A stretch of 64,000 bases of DNA from NCBI GenBank assembly GCA_951406725.2, contig OX597823.1:71610001-71674000 (forward strand), read 5' to 3'. The notes under the pieces are model-generated. The model saw only the letters and a list, made by a program, of their open reading frames with translations, made no database searches and had not been told where the DNA came from. This stretch comes from Octopus vulgaris. Taxonomy: Eukaryota. The position numbers and the translations under genes were made by a program. Positions 38,453 through 50,400 of this stretch are shown in pieces (the stretch's first letter is position 1; every line of letters begins with the position of its first letter).

Positions 38453-41400
38453 CAATAATAAATCCTCTATGGGTCAGCCACATTTTGCTGGCAAATATTG
38501 ACTTCCGTGCCAGTGGCACGTAAAAAGCACCAACCAATCATGGCTGCTGGCACCCGTGCCAGTGGCACGTAAAAAGCACCCACTACACTCACGGAGTGGT
38601 TGGCATTAGGAAGGGCATCCAGCTGTAGAAAAACTGCCAGATTAGACTGGAACCTGGTGCAGTCTCCTGGCTTTCCAGGCCCCAGTCGAACCGTCCAACC
38701 CATGCTAGCACGGAAAATGGACGTTAAATGATGATATTGATGATGATGATGATATGTGTATATATATATATATATAATCGGGAAGTATATTTGCCACCAA
38801 AATGTGTGGCCGCATTTGTATCATTGGTGATTTTCTTTCTCCGTCTTCCCTTCTTTGGACTCTTTCTATATTTCTGATGAAGAGCTCTGCTCAAAACGTG
38901 AAATCCTCTTTTCTTTCCTTTCCTGAGCTTCCAATAGCACTGTACTTATTCCACATCCGTGTGCTGTTGTTTTTTCTTGCTTGTTCATGTTTGGATTAAC
39001 TATATATATATTTATATTACATATATATAAGCTAATCTATTTATTTAAAAACCAATGGTCCATATCCTTGGGGAAATTATTTCATTCTTAATAACCCAAA
39101 CTGCATATAAATATTGGATCATCCCATAAATGATGCATGAACTAAAAGTTGGAGGGGGATGGGGTAAAGTACTTGCATCAACTTGCTATACAAAGCAGGT
39201 AGTAATTTTACCTTGTGCTTATTCTTTGTGCAAGTTTTGAAGTTCGATTTTAACAGTTATTTTTTCAAAGCTATAATGGAAGTGACAAAGGAGCATATTC
39301 TGCATATTTTGCTTTATGAGTTCAATAAAGCAACAACGAAACGGAAAGTGTGAGGAATATTAATGCAGTATATGGGGATTGAACAATAAGAGTAAGCCAG
39401 TATCAATGGTGGTTCCAGAAATTCAGAGCTGGACACACAGCCTAAAAGACAAGCCTCATCCTGAAGACCTGTAGAGCTCAACAGGGATGTCCTGCAAACC
39501 TTGGTAGAAAAGCTTGGATTTAGTCATTTAACCAGTCATCAACACGTGAACTAGAAGGAAAACAACCATCTTTGGTTTCAAGATGAAAGATGTTCTTCCA
39601 TCAGGATAATGCTCGGCCACATACAGCAAGGATGACATTCCAAAAGCTGGTGCAGTTTGAATGGGGAACGATGCCCAACCCACCATCTTCACCAGACATT
39701 GCTCCATCTGATTATCATTTATTTCACAGTCTTCAAAATCATTTGGATGGAAATTCTGTAGATGAGGTCAGCACAGTAGTGGAGGAGTATTTTTCACCAT
39801 GGACCAGTGTATTTTTGAAGGGGGACCTTGCAAGTCTACCAGATAGATGGAAGTGCATTGTAGAAAAGGGAGGAGAGTATATTTTAGATTAAAAAATAAC
39901 TTTGTCTTAATTTTGAAAAATAAAAAAAGTATTAAAAAAAACGCATTATTCATGGGATGACCCAGTGCAATCAGAATTAGTTACAGTTCACCATTGTAAG
40001 CATTGTATATATGCAGACAGGGCTGAATACAGTATTTTGGTTACTGACAGTGCTCTGCTTGAAGTATTCCATCAAAAATACCATTAAAATTATTCAAATG
40101 TATCTTTTTGTTTTTTTAGACTAATCAGATAAAAAGTACGTTTTTCAAGATACTAGTTTTATCTTGGTAATATGCAGTCATTCTCTAATTTGTTAGTTGC
40201 AATAACCCTTTGGACACCAATCCCGACCAGGCTGCCCCTACTTTTATGATGTAAACTTCCTGTTTAAGGTGATCTAAATTAAAACCTTCCTTCAAGATCT
40301 TATATAAATTTATGTTCCAGACATCAGCTTAATAATCCTGTCTACTATAGGCACAGGGCCTGAAATTTTGGGGTGCAGGGGACTCGCTGATTACATCGAT
40401 CCAGTGTTTCACTTGTTCTTAATTTATCGACCCCTAAAGGGTGAAAGGCAAAGTTGACCTTGGCGGAATTTGAACTCAGAACGTAAAGATAGATGAAATA
40501 GATATCAGCTTAATAATGCCACAGTTATTTTACATTTTACTAAACTCTTCATTATTTCCAAAATTATTGAACCAATAGCAGCATATTTCAACAGAAATAT
40601 AATAATAAAAGGATTTCTTTGTTCTGTGAATATTAACATTTTTGTTGACACGTAAAAAGCACCCACTACACTCTTGGAGTGGTTGGCGTTAGGAAGGGCA
40701 TCCAGCCGTAGAAACATTGCCAGATCAGACTGGGCCTGGTGCAGCCTTCTGGCTTCCCAGATCCCAGTTGAACCGTCCAACCCATGCTAGCATGGAAAGC
40801 GGACGGTAAACAATGATGATGATGATGTATTGTCTGTTTAGGTAAAATCAAATAAAAACATCTTTGTGATTATTTCATTAGGTGGCAAAAGAGTATTTTG
40901 GTCCCGGATTGGCTGCAACGATGAAAGCGGAGCCTTATTTTGTAAATTTTCTCCGTGATCCGCCAGAAGCCACAGGTATGTAATAAGTTACATTTTATTG
41001 GCAATTTATTTTATTCAGCGTTTTGTTTTCTGTGTGTTTGATTGATGGTCAGTGCAATCTAGGAAGAGGATGTCTCTAAACTTGTTACTGTTATTGAAGA
41101 CTGAATTAAAATCAAATAGAAAATCTGTGTTGTTAAAGGCTGACCACACACATAAGTATTTATGCGAAAACTTTTCCTCAAATTATTTTTATTCAAATGT
41201 CCATCTTGTATCTTTAAACACCATCCTCATCTCTGAGATCCCTTATCTAAGCTAAAAATAAATGAGTCTATATATTAACTACTTAGGCATCTATTTGAAG
41301 AAATATATGTTAGCAACAGAGGCTGTATCAATACTAGGAGGTAATATTTACCCCACTTAAAAATGGATGTTCTGTTGAAACAAACTTTACTGTGGTAGAT

Positions 41401-44400
41401 ATCATGGGAGATATAAACAAAAGTGACATTTTGCACTGAAAGCCAATATGAGAGTTTCTCTCATAGTACCTTTTGCAGTATAGTTTATTCTAACAGAACA
41501 TACATGGTTAAGTGGAGATTAATATCTATTTTAAGGTCACCATCTAAAGGATCTAGAAAGTGCAGAACTACCTCAAATTTCATTGGATGTTATATCTTTT
41601 TAATTTGCCATAGTTAGTGCCCCAGAATTGAGGTGAGGTATGTAAGGTATTGTAATTAAAGCAGTATTGTAGGATTTACTATATTGGATTATATGACCAT
41701 GTGGAGGCACGTGGCTTAGTGGTTAGGGTGTCAGCACCATCATTGTAAGATTGTGGTTTCGATTCCTGGACCTGGCGACTCATTGTGTTCTTGAGCAAAA
41801 CACTCCATTTCACATTGCTCCAGTCCACTCAGCTGGCAAAGATGAGTAATGCTGCAATGGACTGGCGTCCCGTCCAGCTGGGGAACACATATGCCATGAA
41901 AACGGGAAACTGGGCCCGTGAGCCTGGCTAGGCTTTAAAAGGGTGCATTTATTTATTTTATTATTATATGACCATAGATGAAGATGTACATATCCACTAT
42001 AAGTATCCTTGTGTTTCTGGGTAGAAATGTTTCCTTATTCTATTGGGTTGTCCAGAAAGTTCATGCCAATTTTAAAGGAAAGAAAAAAGTCAATAAATAC
42101 TGGCCATTACATTTTTAATCAACCAAATATGAACCATTTTGTTGCAAAATGCATCTCCATCTTTCCTTTAACTTGAAAATACCCTATTCCCAGAATTGAG
42201 GTGGTTTCATGGCAAAGAATTCATCAAGTTATCTTTTTACATCATCCAAGGAATTGAAATATTTACCATTAAGACTATTCTTCAGAGACCTGAATTAGTG
42301 GAAATCCAAAGGATCAATATCTGGAGAATATGGAAGGCATGGTAACACATCCCAGCTGAGCTGCAGCAATTTTTGTCTGGTTCCCAAAGCATCAAGTGCC
42401 AAAAACGAACTTTCTTATCTTCCATTTTAAAGGGTTACAGAATTAACACAGGTTATAGGAACATAAATCTTCTTCCTCGAAAAGATAGCTTAAACTGTCC
42501 TCTAAATGGAGGTGTAGTCAAATCCTATTTTATAGACTCAACCATGTTCTAAAATAAACCGAATGGTAAGCTACTATAAATCGGTACGAACTTTCCAGAC
42601 AACCCAAAACATTGACTTAGTTTAATCAACTGACAGAAAAAGATACCATACTATGTCTGTCATGTTTATACAAGTTCCATACAGTTCTACAGGTGTCCAG
42701 TTGCTGGTTATTATCATGACTGCTGTAGAAATCAGTTTAGCTGTGACAAAAAGATAAAATGTATCACAGTGGGTTGTTTAGGACAAAGTAAAACACAAGT
42801 AGGTAACACATAAGTTCAACTTGATTAATCAAGATAAGGAGGGGTCTTATTGTGTATGAACCTAATTCGTTTTAGCAATTGGAAGCATGATATAAAACAG
42901 AAGAGGCTGATGATGGTATGTGACTGTTATCTTGACTCTGTTGAAGATCCTGAGCTAGTAAAGTATGATTTTGAAAAAAGTCCAGCCAATAATAATAGTC
43001 TTGTGTTTCATCCACAACACTTTGGTTGATAAAAGTGCAGTGAAATTGATGGATATGTATCAACACAACTGCCATGAAATATCTGTCATGGTATTTCCTG
43101 TTTGAAACAACATTTGTTAATGAATTTGTCCGGCCAAAGATCAACTCTGATTGATCATATTGTGCTCATCCTATCTTTTGTCCTTTCTATGTTTGTGTGA
43201 TATGATCGGGATTTAGTTGCTATTTCCAGCAAGTTGAACACCCACAGAAAGGCTCCCTCCCTGAGTTATGATAGGACATTTTCATATTTCATGGAACAAG
43301 TAATAGCATATTTTTATTTTCCATATGATACAATTATTATATTTCTTTTTCTCATGCAGGGGATGAAGCAGAGGATGCAGAGATAGAGATCCCAAAAGTA
43401 TATGAAGAGATTTACTCTTTTCCAGAACTGAATCATCGATTGATAAGTTTTATGACTCTATATAATGAAGCTATCAGAGGAGCTCATATGGATCTTGTCT
43501 TTTTTAAGGTGATTTGTTATATTCCAATATATTTTGTTCTATTTATTTGATAATTGTTGCTCCCGTGTTGCCACTGAGCATTTTTGATTAGCTCTGCTGT
43601 CTCTGAAATATGATGCACATGTATTTGTAAAAAAAAGGTTCAATATAAGCTCTTGCCCTGCTGATATGACATTAAAACGGAATGTCTATTGATAGCTTAT
43701 GCAGTAGACCACATTGGTTGGTGAAGGCTGTAAAAGCTATAACCTATAAAAGCATCCCAGTCAGTATATTGTTGAGAGTGGAACTTTGAACTCTTTTACT
43801 GGTTTCAGTTATGTGACTGTAGCCATGCCGGAGCATCGCCTTTAGTCAAGCAAATCGACCCCAAGACTTATTCTTTGTAAGCCTAGTACTTATTCTATCA
43901 TCTCTTTTGCTGCGGGGACGTAAACGCACCAGCATCGGTTGTCAAGCGATGTGGGGGGGGGGGGGCAAATACAGACACACAAACATATACGCACACATAC
44001 ATATATATATGTATATATATACATATATACGATGGGCTTCTTTCAGTTTCCATCTACCAAATCCACTCACAAGGCTTTTGTCGAACCGAGGTTATAGTAG
44101 AAGACACTTGCCCAAGGTGTCATGCAGTGGGACTGAACCTGGAACCATGTGGTTCGTAAGCAAGCTACTTACCACACAGCCACACCTACGCCTATATAGT
44201 ATTACTGGAAACTAAGAATGGTCTGCTTGCTTTTACTTTTACAGGGTTGTTTTAAAGAAAGATTCAACTAAATTTTGTGAACTTTCTGAATTTGCTGAAT
44301 CAAAATAATATTTTAATATAATGGATCTGTATCAAACTGATTTCAACTGTTTCTTACAGGTTTCTACCGCATCATCAGGTACAATGTCCTTTGTGATTAA

Positions 44401-47400
44401 ATTTTGTGTTTGTATGCTGCACCTGTTTTGCTTTATTGTGGGATTTGTTGTTTTAGTGTTACTCTATGTTTATTTTGCAAAACATATGTTTACCCTATTG
44501 AAGCAGATTGGCCAGCAAGTAGCCCTATGCTGGTGAAGTGTAAAAGCACCCATGTTGGCACCACATAAAAAGCTGGTACTACAACAAAGCTCCCATGTCA
44601 GTGCCACATGAAAGCAAAAGCACCCATCATACTTTGTAAAGTGGTTGGCGTTAGGAAGGGCATCCAGCCATAGTAACCAAGCCAAATCAGATTAGAACCT
44701 GGTGCAGCTCTGCTGTTTGCCAACTCTGGTCAAACCGTCCAGCCCATGCTAGCATGGAAAACGGACATTAAGGGATAACGACGCTGATGCCAACAGTACA
44801 TGGCTTAGTGGTTAAGGTGTTGCACTCATGACTGAAAGGTCATGGTTTCAATTCCCTGACTGGGTGGTGTGTTGTGTTCTTGAGCAAAACACTTGATTTC
44901 ATGTTGCTCTGTGATCACCTCGACATCTGGCGTGTGGTATACAGAGCACCAGTTCACACAACAACAATTTAATGGAGAGATTGAGCTAATGTGAGACATG
45001 AACATATTTGATCACTATAAACTAACCATTTGTTCAGGTTGTTCGGCAAAAGCTAAGTGTTCATACACCGTCTTTGATGGGAAAGTCCATCATTTTTATT
45101 ATTACTATAATGGCATAACTACAGATTTCTGCCCCACCGACTTTGGATGATCATAACTTTCAGAAAACTGGATATTTTTTTATGAAATTTTTTATGAATA
45201 TTTGTTATATCATGTAGATTCTGAATATACAAAATTTCTTGGGGGCCGATTTTCGGGAAAATTCACTGGAGTCCACTTCAATTAATCTTAACTTTAAAGA
45301 AAACGGATAATGTTTTAATGAAATCCTTATGTAGATTCTATGGACATAGGAATTTGGGGAGAAAACAATCGGGAGTTATTTCTGAGAACCATTCCCCACT
45401 TGGGGATGTTTTAGAACAAGTCATCCCTATTTGTTTCATTTTCTCTGCTTTGAGCATTTGTGCATCCGTAGATTTCTACTGAAGCAACAAACAGGTAATG
45501 AAGGCAAATGAGGCCCTCACCAGAAAACTTGTAGAAAATTTCATTAAAAAATATCCATTTTTCTTATTTCTTTATTGCCCACAAGGGGCTTAACATAGAG
45601 GGGACAAACAAGTACAGACAAAGAGATTAAGTCGATTACATTGACCCCAGTGTGTAACTGGTACTTAATTTATCGACACTGAAAGAATGAAAGGTAAAGT
45701 CGACCTCAGTGGAATTTGAACTCAGAACATAACGGCAGACAAAATATCACTAAGCATTTCGCCCGGCGTACTAACATTTCTGCCAGCTCGCCACCTTAAA
45801 AATATCCCTTTTTCTGAAAGGTATGATCATCCAAAGTCGGAGGTGCAGAAATCTGTAGTTATGCCACTATTTCTGTGTGAATTGTATTATTGTACTTGGT
45901 GTTATCACGATTACTTTTTATGTCTGAGTGCTGGGTGTATCTTGTGTAAAGTATGTGTTGTGCTGTGTGGCTTATTAGTAGTATGTATGGTCTATTACAG
46001 TGGATGTCCATTATGAAAGAATATATGTTGTTTTAGTTTATTGGGCAGTGATTGTATTGACAGTGTGTTCTGTGCCTCATGTTATATCAACAGGCGATGA
46101 TTGCGCAGAATATAATGTGTATTGTACAGAGAATATACAGCTGATGTCAGTCAGTTGAATTGAAAGTGTCTTGCATAAGATGTGTGCTGTACCAAACAGG
46201 GCTAAGTTTTGGAGTGCATGCAGAGATGTTAATTTGTTTAACCTTGAAGGTGTTCTAGCCATTCCATTATCATTACTGTTGTGTATAGTTGCATTTTCCT
46301 GATAGTGCTAACTGAACCTGAATTATTCCTGGATTTGTTGTTATTCCGTTAGGCTAATTTTATGAAACCTTTTATCTGCTTGAAAACAGATCTCTCTCTT
46401 ATTCTCTCCCCATATCGCTCTCCCCCGTTCCTCTTCCCCTCACCCCCCCACACTTGCTCTTCTTCCTACTTGTCATCACACATTGCATTACTCAGCACTT
46501 AGCTCTGTCAAAAGTTGCTATTCCAGCTAAATCTTTTATCTGCTCAACCTATACACTTGCACACGCACATGCACTTACACACACATGCACTTACACACAC
46601 ACATGCACTTGACACAGATGCACACTCATGCACATGTCCAGGCATACACGCACATACACACACCCACATTCTAATACACATACTTATACTCAACCAAAAA
46701 AGAACTCAAATGATACTCATATGAAGAAGACCCCATTGCACAACACTCACACTAAACATGAGTGGCACTCAACTAGAGACCACACAGTTACTCCAAATGC
46801 TGGGCCTTGTTCACATCACGGATTTATCTTGGCAAAAGTACATATTCAACATAATTGGTATAGTACTGCATCCCAAAGACTAGCCCTTTTCTTTAGTGCC
46901 AGAAAATATTTCATCCTCTAACAGCTGCTGACACTCTGCAAAGCTCAAATGAGATCCCCAATGGAGTACTGCTCCTGCCTTTGAAGTGATGCTGCTGCTA
47001 CAAAACTGAGCACATTCAGAGTAGGGTCACTTAGCTGATTGGCACTCCATCACTGATGGAAAAACTCTAGCCTCTTGCCTACAAGTATGTTGTCACTTCT
47101 CTCAGAATTTTCTATCATTACCATAATGGCCTCTGCTCCTCAAAACTGCATGATCTCATACATCTGTCACTCAAGCACCCTTCCCACTTGTCTCTCTCCT
47201 TCTTAACAACCTTGGTGCATCCAACAACTCTTTTTCCCACACTAACTGATACTTTTGTAGTCATTACTTGATTCTTTTGTAGTCCTGCAAAAATAGTTTT
47301 CTAGTTGCCTAAGTTCCCTACATCCCTGTATTCATAGTAAATATTGGAATGTCCAGAAAGTTTGTGCTGATTTTTAAAGGAAAGTAAAAGGTCAATAAAT

Positions 47401-50400
47401 ACTTGCCATTACATTTTTAATCAACCAAATATGAACCATTTTGTTGCACAATGCGTCTACATCTTTCCTTTGACTTCAAAATACCCTCTTCCCAGAATTG
47501 AGGTTGTTTCATGGCAAAGAATTCATCAAGGTATCTTTTTACATCATCCAAGGAATTGAAATATTTACCATTAAGACTATTCTGCAGAGACTTGAATAAG
47601 TGGAAATCCGAAGGAGCAATATCTGGAGAATATGGAGGGTGGGGTAATACATCCCAGCCGAGCTGCAGCAATTTTTGTCTGGTTCCCAAAGAAATGTGTG
47701 GTCTTGCATTGTCATGTTGGAAAACAACACCCTTCCTGTTGGCCAATTCTGGATGTTTCTCTTGAATTGCTGCTTTTAACTTGTCCAGTTGTGTGCAGTA
47801 TTTCTCAGAATTAATTGTCTGGTTACTTGGGAGAAGCTCATAGTACAGAATTCCTTTCCAGTCCCACCAGACTCAAAGCAAGACTTTTTTTGGGTGAAAA
47901 TCAGAGATGGAAATGCAATCCAAAAAGTTCTTCTCACTCAACTCATGTGGTACCCAAATATCATAGTGATTTGTATACCCAAGCTTTACCAGGTGCTCAT
48001 GAATGACAGATTTTGATAGGTTGAGGCTTTCTGCCAATTCTCGGGTTGTGCAATGTGGGTTATTCTCAATTAATGACTTGATTTGGTCATCATCTGTAGT
48101 GGATGGTCTGCTTGATCGCTCTTTATCAATAAGGCTACAATCTCCAGCTCAGAACCTTGTGAAGCACTTCTGTACAGTTCTGTCGGATCAAGAAACATCA
48201 CTGTAAACTGCGCATATTTCTTTGGTTGCTTGAGAGGCATTTTTCCCTTTATGGAAAAAGTAAAGCATCAAGTGCTGAAAATGAACTTTCTTATCTTCCA
48301 TTTTAAAGGGTTACAGAATTAACACAGGTTATAGGAACATAAACCTTCTTCCACAAAAAGATAGCTTAAACTGTGCTCTAAATGGAGGTGTAGTAAAATC
48401 CTATTTTATGGACTCAACCATGTTCTAAAATAAGTTGAGAGGTAAGCTACTATAAATCGGCACAAACTTTCCGGACAACCCAATATTATAATCTTTTATT
48501 TCATTTCATGTGATGTGTTCTAAATGTAGATCTGATTTTTCAAGTCTTGTTAATTACTTTCATATCGAATTGCAAGTATTATACCTACAATTTACTACTA
48601 GAACTGGAATAGGTAAAGTATTGATACTTCTTCCTTGGAGGAAAGAGGTCACTAACACAAAAGAAAAAAAACAACAAAATCAACAGCAAAAGAAAAACAC
48701 TTAAGATGGACATTAAGTTTATAGAAGTGGTTATAAACTGAAAAAAAACATATCCAGTAGAGGGAAAGGCTTTGAGGATTTATTCCTAAAAGCTCCTGAA
48801 GTCAGATAGCTTAGCAAATAGACTCTCAAACACAGACAGTTGAAAGAGAAGTACTATTTTGATGCTGGGCTTTTCAGAAGAAAGAGCAAGCTGGCAGAAT
48901 TGTTAGCATGCCAAGCAAAATACTTAGAAAGGTTCTTTGACATTTCTCCCTCTACTGACAAGGAGACAGGATCAACCAATCTTTTCAAAGAACAAGATGA
49001 ATGACTGTTCCACTTTTTCCTCCCATCAAAGTGACTACACTTTAAACGTATTGTACAAATGTTTGTAGCCTGGGCTCAACTTGGAAGGTAGATTATTTGC
49101 TCAACAACTTCTGGTCACTAAACACAAATAATGGTGTGCATTAGCGAGACCAAGAAGCACATACATTCTTGCCTATTTTCAATGGATATGAAATGTACTT
49201 ATCCTGTGGTCTGTTAGACTTTGGTATTGTTCTGGAAAAGTTAAGTTTGTGAGATTTGGGTAAACTTCTTCAACTTAGAAATAAGGGCAGGGTTTCAAGA
49301 AAACTATGCTTCAACAGGAATAGGATGCCCCAATTTTTTCAAATGTCTTAAAGCCTTTCTGGGAAAATCCCAGTCTCTAGTGCTAGTGGGAGATTGGAAA
49401 GGCATTTTTTGATGTATTAAAACACACTAAGACTAATGTTTGCTACAACCATTCTTTGGTCGTCCAGTGTTTTTCCCTGGCTCTGTTGTCCTATATGCAT
49501 AAAAAGCATGGAAATTTGGTGTATGGACTTTGTTGCCCCAGGAGAAAACTGACCATCTTAAAGTCCACACATTTCACCCACTGATGATTGTGGTACTTCT
49601 TTTTCTCTAGCACTGCTTTCATGACTTCATATTTTTCTGCTAGTTTTGTAGAATAAGCATTTAGAACAAAAGCCAATATATTTCCATTATGAAGTAGAAG
49701 ACATTTCAAACTCCTTTTTGAGCTAGCAATTAAAAGGCACCAATCACATGCATTATATTCCACTCATCATTTTCTGTGAAGAACTGAAAAAATTCAGCAT
49801 CCCTAGGGTGATAATAGGGGACTTTGGTTCCATCTTTCTTTTAATCAAGATGCAAGAACTTTTGCAGATTCCTTTGATAAGTGGAAGTCCCTTACCAAGT
49901 AACTGAATTAATTTTGATCCAATAGCTGTGGATCTGATGAGCTAGTGCCCAAGTAATTCAGATCATCTGTAGCTTCCTCTGCTTTGGTTGATTTTCCCTG
50001 GTCATCATCTTCATGAAGTTTTGTGCTAAATTTCTCGTAAATAATGTATTTTCCTGAAAAATGAGGAAAATTGTGAAAATTGTTGGGTTTGGTGCCTTGA
50101 AATGTAGACTTGATAAAAAATGGATTCCATTTTTGGATTCAGCATATGAAAAACCGTTCAAAGCAGATAAATATGTCCTGACAACAAAATACTTGTATTG
50201 TGTTATTTTAAATTGCTTTTAAGGTGGCAAGTTGGCAGAATTGTTAGCAACATCATATGAAATGCTTAGCAGCATTTCCTCTGAATCATCACATCCTGAA
50301 TTCGAATTCTTCTCAGTTTGACATAGCTTTTCAGCCATATGGGGGTTAATAAAATGAGTACCAGTTGAATACTGGGGTTGTTATAATCAACTCGTCCCTC

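Noticed and set aside
38505-38585. Short direct repeats with spacer (gtgccagtggcacgtaaaaagcacc), CRISPR-like
   Set aside because: Internal repeats of the RTE 3' UTR in a eukaryotic intron; no array, no cas genes.
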